From NCBI GenBank assembly GCA_944358825.1, contig CALVSA010000004.1, forward strand, positions 1 to 55,280: a DNA stretch of 55,280 nucleotides. The letters are read 5' to 3'. This document shows, piece by piece, positions 17,971-28,146 of the stretch (position 1 is the stretch's first letter; every line of letters begins with the position of its first letter). This DNA is from an uncultured Bacilli bacterium (GTDB lineage Bacteria; Bacillota_I; Bacilli_A; RF39; UBA660). The translations under genes and the position numbers were made by a program. The notes under the pieces were generated by a model. It was given only the letters and a program-made list of their open reading frames with translations, did not search any database and was not told where the DNA came from.

Positions 17971-18379
17971 AGTTCAAATAATTGGTTTTATACTATCAAC
18001 TATAATGCTTATATTAGTTCCTATTACTAAAAATTATAAATTAGTATCAGTAGGTTGGTTTTTTATAGGATTAACAAGTTTTGGAAATGCAATGTTTACT
18101 AAAGAGTGGTCTATCATTGGTAGAACATGGAATGAAAAAGATGATAAGAATCCTGATAAACAATTAACAAAAAAATATAGTGATAAAACATTTATAGCAG
18201 TAGGTATATTAGGAATAATATTATGTCCTATTGCATTATTTGAAACTATATTTTCACAAAACTATATAGCAATGATAATTGCTTATATAGTATCCGCAAT
18301 AGTAATAGTTGTCCTATTTGTATTAACTGATAAAGAACATGATAAAGTTGAACAACTATTACCAAATATAAAAAAATAG
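17942..18379 (+). CDS. Hypothetical membrane protein (~4 TM)
   Basis: AAGGAGG RBS before ATG 17942; four hydrophobic stretches. Confidence 0.7.
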   Translation: MQKIKMYLNKVQIIGFILSTIMLILVPITKNYKLVSVGWFFIGLTSFGNAMFTKEWSIIGRTWNEKDDKNPDKQLTKKYSDKTFIAVGILGIILCPIALFETIFSQNYIAMIIAYIVSAIVIVVLFVLTDKEHDKVEQLLPNIKK

Positions 18380-18566
18380 TTCTTTCGTTTAGATTGAACT
18401 ATTTTTTTATTTAAAGAATACGTGGCACGTTTTGTTGCGAAGCAATGAAAGTGGCGATAGTATTCTTTCTTTTTTATGAAGTCGTAAGACAAAATAAAAA
18501 AGAGCAACATTCACTTACGATAGTTTGTGAAATGTTGCTTATCGAGTTTCAAAAGGGTGTTCCTTT

Positions 18567-18614
18567 GCACACTATTCCTAGTTGGCAGTATGCCGACTTG
18601 GTAGTGTGTTACTA
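18567..18614 (+). other. MOB_V-type origin of transfer (RSA/oriT)
   Basis: CACACTA(18568)...TAGTGTG^TTAC(18602-18612) with inner inverted repeat CCTAGTTGGCA/TGCCGACTTGG; matches the TAGTGTG^TTA nick motif of pMV158-family oriT; a mobV gene is in the same element. Confidence 0.75.
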
Positions 18615-18648
18615 TCTTGTCTTAAAGATAGTTTATTTGAGGATTATA

Positions 18649-18891
18649 TTATTTTATTTCCTCATCCAACAATTTAATTTCCTCATCGATGATTTCTTTT
18701 AATTTTCTTAGTTCATCCTCGGTTAAAGTAATTCCTTTACCCATTTTATCATGATTATCAGACCAATCCCTTATATCATACTTAGGTTCATTACCATTCC
18801 AACTAATTCTATTTAATTCTTTTTTCCAGGAATTATTTTCTGATAAAACACCGATACTATTAATTATCTCATATTTGAACTCTCTTGCCAT
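18649..18891 (-). CDS. YdbC/PC4-like ssDNA-binding protein
   Basis: WKKELNRISWNG..PKYDIRDW..DHDKMGKGITLT signature. Confidence 0.88.
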   Translation of the reverse strand: MAREFKYEIINSIGVLSENNSWKKELNRISWNGNEPKYDIRDWSDNHDKMGKGITLTEDELRKLKEIIDEEIKLLDEEIK

Positions 18892-18900
18892 AATAACCTC

Positions 18901-21900
18901 CTACTTACACATTACTCTCCATGCTGCTTTATTATTAGTAACAATAGATCCACGTCGTTCGAAAGAAGATTTAAAATTATATTTATTTATCAAATTCGTT
19001 ACTTCTTCTTGAATTCCTTCTTCATATATAATCCATATTATATCTGATTTCTCTCTATTATCAATAATTTTTATATTGTTTTGATTTAGTTCATTAATAA
19101 ATAAGTCACTATCTTTTTTATTAAGTGATTCACTCAATTTTATTTGTTGTGATTTTTTTGTATTATCACTAAATTTCGATATTTCGTTATTTTCTGCATT
19201 TTCTGGTTTAAATTCTTGTTTTTCTATAGTTTTTATATTTTTATCACTATAATATTTATTTATAATTTCTTGATAGTTTTCACTCTGCTTATACTCTTTT
19301 TTAAATTCATCAATGCACAAATCTGCTGTCAATACATTATAATTTTTTGACACAGCCTGTAATGATTTTTTTACAGTATCATAAGCAACATTAAAATATT
19401 CAGATATATCTTTTCTATTGATTCCTTCACTATATAATACCATATATCTAAATTGACTAGGTCCCCATATTACATCACCTGTATTTATAGTATTATGAGT
19501 GCTAGTATTATTTTTTAAATGCTTATTTGTATCAAGAGCATATAATATATCTTTATAATCAACTTCTATTTCTTTCCCATTTTGAATATCTTCTAAATAT
19601 TTATTAGATTCTAATTTAACCTTTTCTAATAATTCACTAGTTCTTGTTTCTTCAATTTTATTTTCGTCTTCTGGGTATATTTTTAAATCATTTAATTGAG
19701 TTATCACATTTTGCATAGTTTCATCTGGGTTCTTAAAAAATTGACTTCCTCTAATTCTTATAAATCTCCAGCCAATTCTTTCAAGAATAGCTTGTCGTTG
19801 CATATCTTCACGGATTTTTTCCTCTCCGCTATGATATCTTTCACCATCACATTCTATAACAACTTTTTTATTTTCACATAAAACAACTATATCTAATCGA
19901 TAGGCTCCAACAGGATATTGTTGTATAATATGATATCCTTCAGAAATCAATTTGTTTGCTACTTGAACTTCAAAAACAGAATCAGCTTTTCGCTTAATTT
20001 CTTCTTCCTTCATTGCAAAAGCATTAGGATTTGTTGCATAATCTAATAATCTTTTACGCATATCTCCTGGCTTTAAATCAATAGATGAATCCAAAGAGTT
20101 TATTACCCAAAGTTGATCTTTTGCTCTACTAGCAGCTACGTTATATCTTTTCTTCGTTGCTTCTTCAACACCGACACCAACAAATGGTAATGGGCCACCA
20201 TCTTCATTTCCGCTATCAACCATTGATAAAAATATAACATCTCTTTCATCACCTTGAAAATTTGAAGCATTTCCAATCAATATTTTTCTTTTTTCGATAT
20301 CTCTCGGGTCTATATATTTAAACATTAGTGATTGAATTAGCTTTGCTTGTTCATCTCCTAATAATGATATAACTCCAAATGTTTTACCATTATATTCTTC
20401 TAAATTCAAACATGCTTTAATTTGAGAAATGATTGTTTCAGCTTCTATCTTGTTAATTTTTCCAGTTCTTTTTCCATTAACTCTATAATTTACCACTGCT
20501 GGCAATAAATTGCTACTACTTGAATCTCTTAATGGTTTTATTTTAAAATCATAAGATAGCATATTGCTAAATCCAATTATCTCTGGCACACAACGAAAAT
20601 GTTCTTTTAGCATTAATGGTTGAAATGTTGTAGCTGCAATATCATACAAAGATGTTTTTGAACTATATAAATGAGAATTTGGAATTTTATCTTTAATATA
20701 CATTTGTTCCAACGCATTAATTTTATCAATCTCTGCACCAACAGCCATTGGACTTACTTGTTTATCATCTCCAACAACTATCATCTTTTTACCAAGATAA
20801 GATATAGCAAGAGACGAAATATCTGATTGACTCGCTTCATCAATTATAATAACATCAAATTCATTTTCACCTGGTTTTAAGGATTCAATTGCTTTATTCA
20901 TTGGCATAATCCAACAAGGAACTGCATTTTGACATTTAGCCATTAAATCTCGTGCTTGTGCTTTATGCTTTGCTGCATTTTTACCTGTTCCTTTTCCTAT
21001 TTTTCTAATAGTCAATTCCCAACCTTTTAGGGCTTGTTTCATATCAATATCACATTCAGTTCTTGATAATAATTCATACCAAGCACATTTACTTGCATAT
21101 TCTTCTGTAATTTTTCTATAGTCAGAACTTAATTTTTGACTTTTTCTTTGCAATATATCTATTGATTCTTTTTTCATTTCATCTAAAATTAACTCATATT
21201 GTCTATACTTCCAAGCGTCTTTAATGTTGCTTGGACATTTATTTTCACCATGAATACCAGTTCGATTTTTAATATCATTAGCCCAAATAGGTGCAACTTG
21301 TTCAATTTTACTTAACAATTCATTTCTTTTATTTAATAGTTCATATTTGTTATAAATACTGCTTAATTTTCTAAATTCCTCTAAATACTTTTCATAGTTA
21401 TTACTTATCAAATAATTTTTCATACTAATACATAATGAAGAATTAATCAATGAATTATCTTCTAAAATATCAACTGTCTTTTCTATATCTTTTCTATTAT
21501 TATCTATTTTAATTTGATTTAAACAAATTTCAACAATGGATGGAAGTATATTTTGTATTGAATCAAAAATCTTATTAATCTGATCAATATCTTTATCTAA
21601 ATTATTTATTTTTAAAACAATTTGGTCAGGTATATTTGCATTCCCTAATAAATCAATTAATTTATTGTAATCTTTTGCATACCAGTTCAAATATTCATTA
21701 ATACTTTCAATGTATTTTTCCGCAATTTTTTCTGGTTCATTTAAATCTAAATCTTTAAATTTTGACATTCCATTTTCTGCCATTAATTCATCCCATATAA
21801 TAGATAAATCTTTTCTTGAATTTTGTAAATCTATACTATTTAATACAAATTCACAATCTTCTGCAGTTCTTAATGGTTTATTGTTAACCACACTTAAATT

Positions 21901-24111
21901 AATAATTTTATTTAAATTACTATTTATTAACAAATCAAATTTACTAATTTTGTCTTTCTTTGATAATATTGATTTTAATTTTAGTATCAATTCTTTATTT
22001 TCAACTAAAACATCAAAGTTTTCTGTAATCGTTTTACCAAAATACTTATCTAATATGTTTTCATTAATTTTAACTGTTGATTGAATTTTTTGAATTAATG
22101 TTGTCCATCTTTTCTTATATGCTCCGCCTTTTTTTCCATCACAGCATATGTTTATAGCCCATTCTTCGCATTGTTTATAATTATAAATATATTCACTTAA
22201 ATTTCTAATTAAGGTTTCATCTAAATTATTGATATAAAATTTACCAAATTCAGTATCAAAATATAAATCATTCTCTGTATTTATTTTCCATTTTTTATTA
22301 CTTGCTATTTCGTTAATTGAGCTATTTAGTCTGTTATTTTCATCTATTATATTTTTAAATCTTTCTGGAGTTATCAAATCATAAGGACTTGGTAGCTTAT
22401 AATTTAATTCTTTTTCTTCAATATCTGTGAGTTTAGAATTAGTAGAATATAAATAGTTTAATTCCTCAATAGAAAGTGGCAATGGTTCATACAATTTAAT
22501 ATTGCCATTTATATAGTCTAGTTTTCCTTTATTATCTAGAATATATTTAGCTGCTTCTGAGGGAGATATTTCATCACCATTCAATACAATACTCTTGTAT
22601 TCATCATTTAATGCATTATATATTTTCTTTCTTGTTTTGGATAATTCATCAATTATTTTTAATCTTTCATCTTTTAACTTATCAATCTGTTTTTTTAATT
22701 CAAACGATGTAAATTTGGACATATATTCTGTGATACCATCTATTGAATTTTCCATATCTTCATTAGATTCATCTAAAACGCTAACGCATAAACTTTGCAT
22801 ACTCTTTGGCAATTTTTCTTTTAACACAGTTAAAGCTTTTTTTGTATAACTAGTAACTAAAACACTTTTTCCTTTTGCCAAAAAATGTCCAATTAAATTT
22901 GCTATTGTATGTGTTTTACCTGTTCCTGGAGGGCCTTGAACTAATACTGCATTATACATTTCGATTCTTTTTGCTATTTCTAATTGTTCTTTATTTGCCT
23001 CTTTAGTTAATAATATATCTATACTTTCGCCACCAGCTTTTGCTAGTAATTCTTCAACTGTTTCTTCAAGTTCTACTGGTTTATCTAATAATCCACCATT
23101 GACAATATCTAATAAATGTTCTGGAATAAATCCCGTTTCTTCTATATTTTTTATTATTTGTTCTATTGCCTTAATTGTTCCATCTAATCTTTTCCTAATG
23201 ATTATACATGGTTTAAAATACATTAATATTCTATTATTATTCTCGTCATTATCATCTTCATCTTCAACGAACTTACTATTTGATGAAATTTTGTGGGTCA
23301 AGACTTTTAAGAACTCCTTTGTATCATTTCTATCCATTGGATGGTAATCATGTTGCATTAAATCAGAATTCAATGTTGATAAAGATTCTAGATTAATATC
23401 TTCCATTACTTGAAACAATTCACTATATAACTCTGATTTTGCGTTTGTATTAAGAATATATATTGTGTTTTCAGCTGCATCAAAATTCATGCTTAATCTT
23501 TTAGTAATTATAGGATGATAAATATCTGGATCATTATTATCTTTTATATAACCATTTGCTATTATTATTTCAATAGTTTCAGATTCTCGCTGTAAATCAA
23601 TATATTTCATATATAATTCAGTAAAGAAATCTCTTGTTTTTTCAATAAGTAATTGCTTTTCAACCCAAATTTTTCTTTTTTCTAACCACTGTTCTAGCTG
23701 TTTTCTTCTGTTTTGATCATCATCAAATAATTCTGTTTCTTTTTCATTAGTTTTATTATTAATGTGTTCAATTTTTTCTCTAACTCTAGCCTCATTTTTA
23801 TGATAATTCCAATTATCTAGCAACCATTTTTTTAAATTTTCTGGTGGTTCTGGACACTTCTGAAATTCTGGTTTATGAACTTTTAATAAATAATTTGGTT
23901 CATCAAATAATTCCTCATTTTCTTCATCTGATATATTTTTATCACTATATAAAACACTTATATTGTCTGGATCCTCAGGTATGTTGCTAATTTGAAATGT
24001 CCACATATAACTTTTATCGTTTGTAACAATTTTATGTTTAACTTTACAAAATTCCGAAATAAATTTATATAAAGAAATTATTTTTTCATTAACATCAATT
24101 TTATTATTCAT
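18901..24111 (-). CDS. 1736-aa SF1 (Upf1-like) helicase fused to a Vsr/DUF559-like endonuclease
   Basis: QGPPGTGKT, IIDEASQ, VGDDKQ, HFRC, FQGDERD, NVAASRAK; C-terminal SVFE...YRLDIVV...IECDGERYH...D..RQ..LE..GW. Confidence 0.88.
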   Translation of the reverse strand: MNNKIDVNEKIISLYKFISEFCKVKHKIVTNDKSYMWTFQISNIPEDPDNISVLYSDKNISDEENEELFDEPNYLLKVHKPEFQKCPEPPENLKKWLLDNWNYHKNEARVREKIEHINNKTNEKETELFDDDQNRRKQLEQWLEKRKIWVEKQLLIEKTRDFFTELYMKYIDLQRESETIEIIIANGYIKDNNDPDIYHPIITKRLSMNFDAAENTIYILNTNAKSELYSELFQVMEDINLESLSTLNSDLMQHDYHPMDRNDTKEFLKVLTHKISSNSKFVEDEDDNDENNNRILMYFKPCIIIRKRLDGTIKAIEQIIKNIEETGFIPEHLLDIVNGGLLDKPVELEETVEELLAKAGGESIDILLTKEANKEQLEIAKRIEMYNAVLVQGPPGTGKTHTIANLIGHFLAKGKSVLVTSYTKKALTVLKEKLPKSMQSLCVSVLDESNEDMENSIDGITEYMSKFTSFELKKQIDKLKDERLKIIDELSKTRKKIYNALNDEYKSIVLNGDEISPSEAAKYILDNKGKLDYINGNIKLYEPLPLSIEELNYLYSTNSKLTDIEEKELNYKLPSPYDLITPERFKNIIDENNRLNSSINEIASNKKWKINTENDLYFDTEFGKFYINNLDETLIRNLSEYIYNYKQCEEWAINICCDGKKGGAYKKRWTTLIQKIQSTVKINENILDKYFGKTITENFDVLVENKELILKLKSILSKKDKISKFDLLINSNLNKIINLSVVNNKPLRTAEDCEFVLNSIDLQNSRKDLSIIWDELMAENGMSKFKDLDLNEPEKIAEKYIESINEYLNWYAKDYNKLIDLLGNANIPDQIVLKINNLDKDIDQINKIFDSIQNILPSIVEICLNQIKIDNNRKDIEKTVDILEDNSLINSSLCISMKNYLISNNYEKYLEEFRKLSSIYNKYELLNKRNELLSKIEQVAPIWANDIKNRTGIHGENKCPSNIKDAWKYRQYELILDEMKKESIDILQRKSQKLSSDYRKITEEYASKCAWYELLSRTECDIDMKQALKGWELTIRKIGKGTGKNAAKHKAQARDLMAKCQNAVPCWIMPMNKAIESLKPGENEFDVIIIDEASQSDISSLAISYLGKKMIVVGDDKQVSPMAVGAEIDKINALEQMYIKDKIPNSHLYSSKTSLYDIAATTFQPLMLKEHFRCVPEIIGFSNMLSYDFKIKPLRDSSSSNLLPAVVNYRVNGKRTGKINKIEAETIISQIKACLNLEEYNGKTFGVISLLGDEQAKLIQSLMFKYIDPRDIEKRKILIGNASNFQGDERDVIFLSMVDSGNEDGGPLPFVGVGVEEATKKRYNVAASRAKDQLWVINSLDSSIDLKPGDMRKRLLDYATNPNAFAMKEEEIKRKADSVFEVQVANKLISEGYHIIQQYPVGAYRLDIVVLCENKKVVIECDGERYHSGEEKIREDMQRQAILERIGWRFIRIRGSQFFKNPDETMQNVITQLNDLKIYPEDENKIEETRTSELLEKVKLESNKYLEDIQNGKEIEVDYKDILYALDTNKHLKNNTSTHNTINTGDVIWGPSQFRYMVLYSEGINRKDISEYFNVAYDTVKKSLQAVSKNYNVLTADLCIDEFKKEYKQSENYQEIINKYYSDKNIKTIEKQEFKPENAENNEISKFSDNTKKSQQIKLSESLNKKDSDLFINELNQNNIKIIDNREKSDIIWIIYEEGIQEEVTNLINKYNFKSSFERRGSIVTNNKAAWRVMCK

Positions 24112-24185
24112 AAGACAAGCACCTCTTTTTTATCTAATACTATTATAACATAGAAAACATCTATTATTGTATGTAATGCTCTTAA

Positions 24186-24449
24186 TTAATTATTTTTTTG
24201 TAATAATAGTTTTAATTTGTTGATAATAAACCCTAATATTGCTATTTCAAAAACAAAAAGTATGATACAAATCTCTATTGCAAATCCAGGACTCATAACA
24301 GTTAAAGAAAAATCCTTTGGAATATTAACATAATTACAATATGAAACACCTAAATGATAATCAAAATTAACTAAATAGTAAACTATAATTGCAAACACTA
24401 TAATTCCTAATAATTTTATAAAAGTAAATAAACAATCTCTAAAATGCAT
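24186..24449 (-). CDS. Small 2-TM hypothetical protein
   Basis: GAGGA RBS, two hydrophobic segments. Confidence 0.55.
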   Translation of the reverse strand: MHFRDCLFTFIKLLGIIVFAIIVYYLVNFDYHLGVSYCNYVNIPKDFSLTVMSPGFAIEICIILFVFEIAILGFIINKLKLLLQKNN

Positions 24450-24561
24450 ATATTGTCCTCTCTTTCAACTTATATTATTATATCACATTTTCAGTAATAG
24501 ACCCACACTATTAGCAATAATTTAATTATTAATGGGAAAATTATTACTAGGTGATAGTAGT

Positions 24562-25014
24562 ATGATTAATAATAATTTAAAGTATTGTAGAGAAGAATTA
24601 GAGATGACACAACAAGAATTAGGTTATGTATTTGGTGTATCTAAAAATACAGTTTCTGGTTGGGAGAATGCACATGACACAATGCCTTTTAATAAGTTAA
24701 TTAGATTTTGTAATTTGTATGATTTTTCTATGGACTTCGTAGTTGGTTTTACCAGAAAAAATACTAAATATGACAAGATTAAAACTGATAAAAAGAAAAT
24801 AGGTTCAAAACTAAAAGAAATTAGAAATGAGCTAAATTTATCCCAACAACAACTAGCAGATGATTGTAAAATATCTCAAACTACTTATAGCACTTATGAA
24901 ACTGGTCGTTATCTAATAAATACAATTACTATCTATACTATTTGTAAAAAGTATAATATATCAATGGATTATTTAGTTGGTAGAACTAAAAATAAAAAAG
25001 CGAGAGTATGCTAA
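24562..25014 (+). CDS. Tandem double-HTH XRE regulator
   Basis: Two HTH_3 units (MTQQELG...VSGWE; LSQQQLA...YSTYETG), each ending SMDxxVG. Confidence 0.88.
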   Translation: MINNNLKYCREELEMTQQELGYVFGVSKNTVSGWENAHDTMPFNKLIRFCNLYDFSMDFVVGFTRKNTKYDKIKTDKKKIGSKLKEIRNELNLSQQQLADDCKISQTTYSTYETGRYLINTITIYTICKKYNISMDYLVGRTKNKKARVC

Positions 25015-25033
25015 TTAAAACATATTCCCGCTT

Positions 25034-25429
25034 TTATAATACATTTAATGAATAACAATAATCATATACATTTAATTGTTCATTGATTTTAGTATTTATT
25101 TCTTCATTTCTAAAGTCATATTGATAGATATTAAATAGCATTTCTACTAAAAATTTTTGTTTTTCTAATAATGATAGTTCCATATACTTTGCTGAAATAA
25201 ATAGTAGGTTTTCATATTTAGCAAAGTTAGTTATTACATTTTTAGATTCAGGATCTAGTATTAATAATACATTTTTTAAAAGTTTAATAAAGTTATTAAT
25301 ATCATAAGTAGGTGTAAATCCTAAATCTTCAAGTAGGTGTATTGCTAGTCTAATCTTACCAATATCATTTAAATCATCAAACATTTCAACTAAATCAATG
25401 ACTTTCTCGGTATTATTATCTAATAACAT
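25034..25429 (-). CDS. Hypothetical protein
   Basis: 131-aa ORF with AAGGAG RBS; no recognised motif. Confidence 0.65.
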   Translation of the reverse strand: MLLDNNTEKVIDLVEMFDDLNDIGKIRLAIHLLEDLGFTPTYDINNFIKLLKNVLLILDPESKNVITNFAKYENLLFISAKYMELSLLEKQKFLVEMLFNIYQYDFRNEEINTKINEQLNVYDYCYSLNVL

Positions 25430-25601
25430 AAATATTCTCCTTTCAAATTAGCCATTTTAGGCATTTTATTTAAAGAACAGATAAGAGATTAAACATTAAC
25501 TTAAAACTTAACTATAAGCATTTAAATGGGGTATAATCTCAAATTTCTGTTTTACTATTTATCACTCTAACAATTAAAAAAATCAAGAGTATTTTTTAAT
25601 T

Positions 25602-26897
25602 TTATCTACTTAAATCAAAATCATCTTTATCGTAGTCATCTTCATCATAATCTCTAACTCGTTCTTTATAGTAATCTGGTGCTTCAACATATTCAAATAA
25701 TTCATCTTGTTTAGTTGTTCCTTTAGATATTCTAATAACATCTCCCATATCAAACTCACTATTGTCATAACAATCTTTAACAACATCTGCAGTTTCATCT
25801 TTTGTATAATCATTACCTCGTTGTAATAGTTTCCTTAAGAATTTCTTTAGTAATTGAAATAGTTCATTTAATCTATAAATTAAGCTTCTATTTTCATCTT
25901 TTAGTTCTTTATTTTCAGTTTCAAGTTTACTAACTTCTTTCTTATATTTTTGATTTTCTTTTTCTAGTGATTTATAACTATTAGCATAACTATCAACTTC
26001 ATTAAATATTGTTTGTAGTTTAGGTTGTAATTCCATTACTTTTTTAGATTCATTAATAACATTATTCATACTATCAAAAGTGTCTTTTCTAACTTTAACA
26101 AAATCTTTATCTACAATAAATGTTTGTTTGGTTGTTTTCATTTTTTCTTCAAAATCATTCATTGCTTTATCAAATCTATCATTTTTAACATTTAATTCAT
26201 GATTTAGTTTTTTAGTAAGTTGTTTATATTCTTTTATTTTAATGTGTTTATTATCACTTCCTTTAATACCTCGTTCTAGATCATAACCTTTATCAGTTAA
26301 TCTTTTATGATATAAATCTTGTAAATGTGATAACTGAATTTTATCTTTAATATATTGTTTTTTAGAAATAGTATATCTTTCAGTATCAGTTCTTTTATCT
26401 AATTTCTTAACAAGTGGAACTACAACACAATGAATATGTGGTGTTTCTTCATCTAAATGGACAGTAGCATGAAGTATTTGTTCTTTTTTATAACCTAAAT
26501 CATTATAAACAAATTCCATACAAATATCAGCCCAATCTTTTATTTGCTCTCTAGACATATCTTTAAAGAAATTATGTGAAGCAGTCATAACTAATTCATC
26601 AGCTACAACATTTTTAGAACTATTTAACATTTCATGGTATCTTTTCTTTCTATCAGCTCGTTCAGTTTTCATTCTCTCATCATGTTCCTTTTTATATTCT
26701 TTAGTTAATTCATCAAAACCTTTAACATATTTTACATTTAAAGGAACAAGTTCTATATTATTTTTAGTTAATTCTAATTTAATATTTGGGTTAGATTGAT
26801 ATGCTTTCTTTTCTCGTTTATTATGTGATCCTATTTGTGCTAAATCAGGTATAGTCATTATAGGTTCAACTCTTAATATTGCATAATTTAATTCCAT
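25602..26897 (-). CDS. mobV: MobV (Mob/Pre) relaxase
   Basis: HNKR, HATVHLDEETPHIH, GYDLERG motifs; C-terminal coiled coil. Confidence 0.93.
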   Translation of the reverse strand: MELNYAILRVEPIMTIPDLAQIGSHNKREKKAYQSNPNIKLELTKNNIELVPLNVKYVKGFDELTKEYKKEHDERMKTERADRKKRYHEMLNSSKNVVADELVMTASHNFFKDMSREQIKDWADICMEFVYNDLGYKKEQILHATVHLDEETPHIHCVVVPLVKKLDKRTDTERYTISKKQYIKDKIQLSHLQDLYHKRLTDKGYDLERGIKGSDNKHIKIKEYKQLTKKLNHELNVKNDRFDKAMNDFEEKMKTTKQTFIVDKDFVKVRKDTFDSMNNVINESKKVMELQPKLQTIFNEVDSYANSYKSLEKENQKYKKEVSKLETENKELKDENRSLIYRLNELFQLLKKFLRKLLQRGNDYTKDETADVVKDCYDNSEFDMGDVIRISKGTTKQDELFEYVEAPDYYKERVRDYDEDDYDKDDFDLSR

Positions 26898-27010
26898 ATA
26901 TCATTTCTCCTTTCTTTTTACACAATAAAAAAAGATATGTCGCTAAACATACCTTTATAGATTTTTCTGAACTATCAAAAATTATTTGATATTTTGATTT
27001 TGTATTATCA

Positions 27011-27064
27011 ACTAGTAAGAAAAACTTACTAGTTCATTCAGTATGTAAGAAATTCTTACATACT
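27011..27064. repeat. Two adjacent related palindromes between rhuM and mobV
   Basis: ACTAGTAAG-AAAAA-CTTACTAGT (27011-27033) and AGTATGTAAGAA-A-TTCTTACATACT (27040-27064). Confidence 0.7.
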
Positions 27065-27070
27065 CAAATG

Positions 27071-28066
27071 TTAATCTTTATTTTCTAATTTTTCTAAATC
27101 TTTAATACTTTCTAAATAATGAAGTTCAACCTCACTAGGTTTTAATGAAATTCTATCTTTATATTTGTCATATTCTTTTCTAGCATGATTCATTGCTTCT
27201 TCATGGCTGATTTTACCAGAATCTTTTAAAATATCTTTTCTATTCATAGTTAAAAAGTAATTTAATTCTTTAACCCAATCATTCATTGTCATAGTTCTTT
27301 GTTCAATAGCTTGTAATTCTGCATAATCTAAATACATAGAAACAATTCTGTTTAAGATGTCTAATTCTTTATCATTTAAATAGTTTTTAGCAATTTGAGC
27401 ATCTAGCAAAGTAGGTCTATCTCCACTGAAAGTAGTTAATCCCATAAAATCTTTATTTCCATCAGCTCTTTCTACTATAACTTCAGCAGCAGTGTGTCCA
27501 TGTGCAGCCCAATGCATTTTGTTTTGAACTGTCTTAAAAAATTCTTGAGTAATTTCTGCTCTAGGATCATAATCAATAGAAGTTGCATAAATATCAAGTA
27601 TTTTCCTCCAAAATACTTTTTCTGATGATCTAATATCACGAATTCTAGATAGTAATTCATCAAAATATAATCCACCACCAGCTCGTTTAAGTAAATCATC
27701 GTTCATTGTAAATCCTTTAGTCATATATTCAGTTAATCTTTCATTTGCCCATCTTCTAAAATTAGTTCCTACATTTGAGCGAACACGAAATCCAATTGCA
27801 ACAATCATATCAAGATTATAATAATTTACATTATAATTTTTACCATCACTTGCAGTTGTTCGGAAATTCCGAACAACTGAATTTTCTTCTAATTCTCCAT
27901 CTTCAAATATGTGTTTAATGTGTTCAGATATATTAGATTTACTTGAATTATATAATTTAACTAATTGTTCTTGATTTAACCAAACAGTATTATCTTGCAT
28001 TTTTACTTCAATATTGTCATTACCATTTTTATCTTTATAAATTATTATATTTCCATGTTCTTCCAT
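27071..28066 (-). CDS. RhuM-family protein
   Basis: VWLNQEQL, YYNLDMIVAIGFRV, FRRWA, RIRDIRSSEKVF, QNKMHWA, AKNYL motifs. Confidence 0.92.
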   Translation of the reverse strand: MEEHGNIIIYKDKNGNDNIEVKMQDNTVWLNQEQLVKLYNSSKSNISEHIKHIFEDGELEENSVVRNFRTTASDGKNYNVNYYNLDMIVAIGFRVRSNVGTNFRRWANERLTEYMTKGFTMNDDLLKRAGGGLYFDELLSRIRDIRSSEKVFWRKILDIYATSIDYDPRAEITQEFFKTVQNKMHWAAHGHTAAEVIVERADGNKDFMGLTTFSGDRPTLLDAQIAKNYLNDKELDILNRIVSMYLDYAELQAIEQRTMTMNDWVKELNYFLTMNRKDILKDSGKISHEEAMNHARKEYDKYKDRISLKPSEVELHYLESIKDLEKLENKD

Positions 28067-28146
28067 TTAATCTTCCTCCTGACTATTATTTTTAATAAAC
28101 TACTAAATAAATTATACTATATTTTCGGACATATATCTTCATATTT

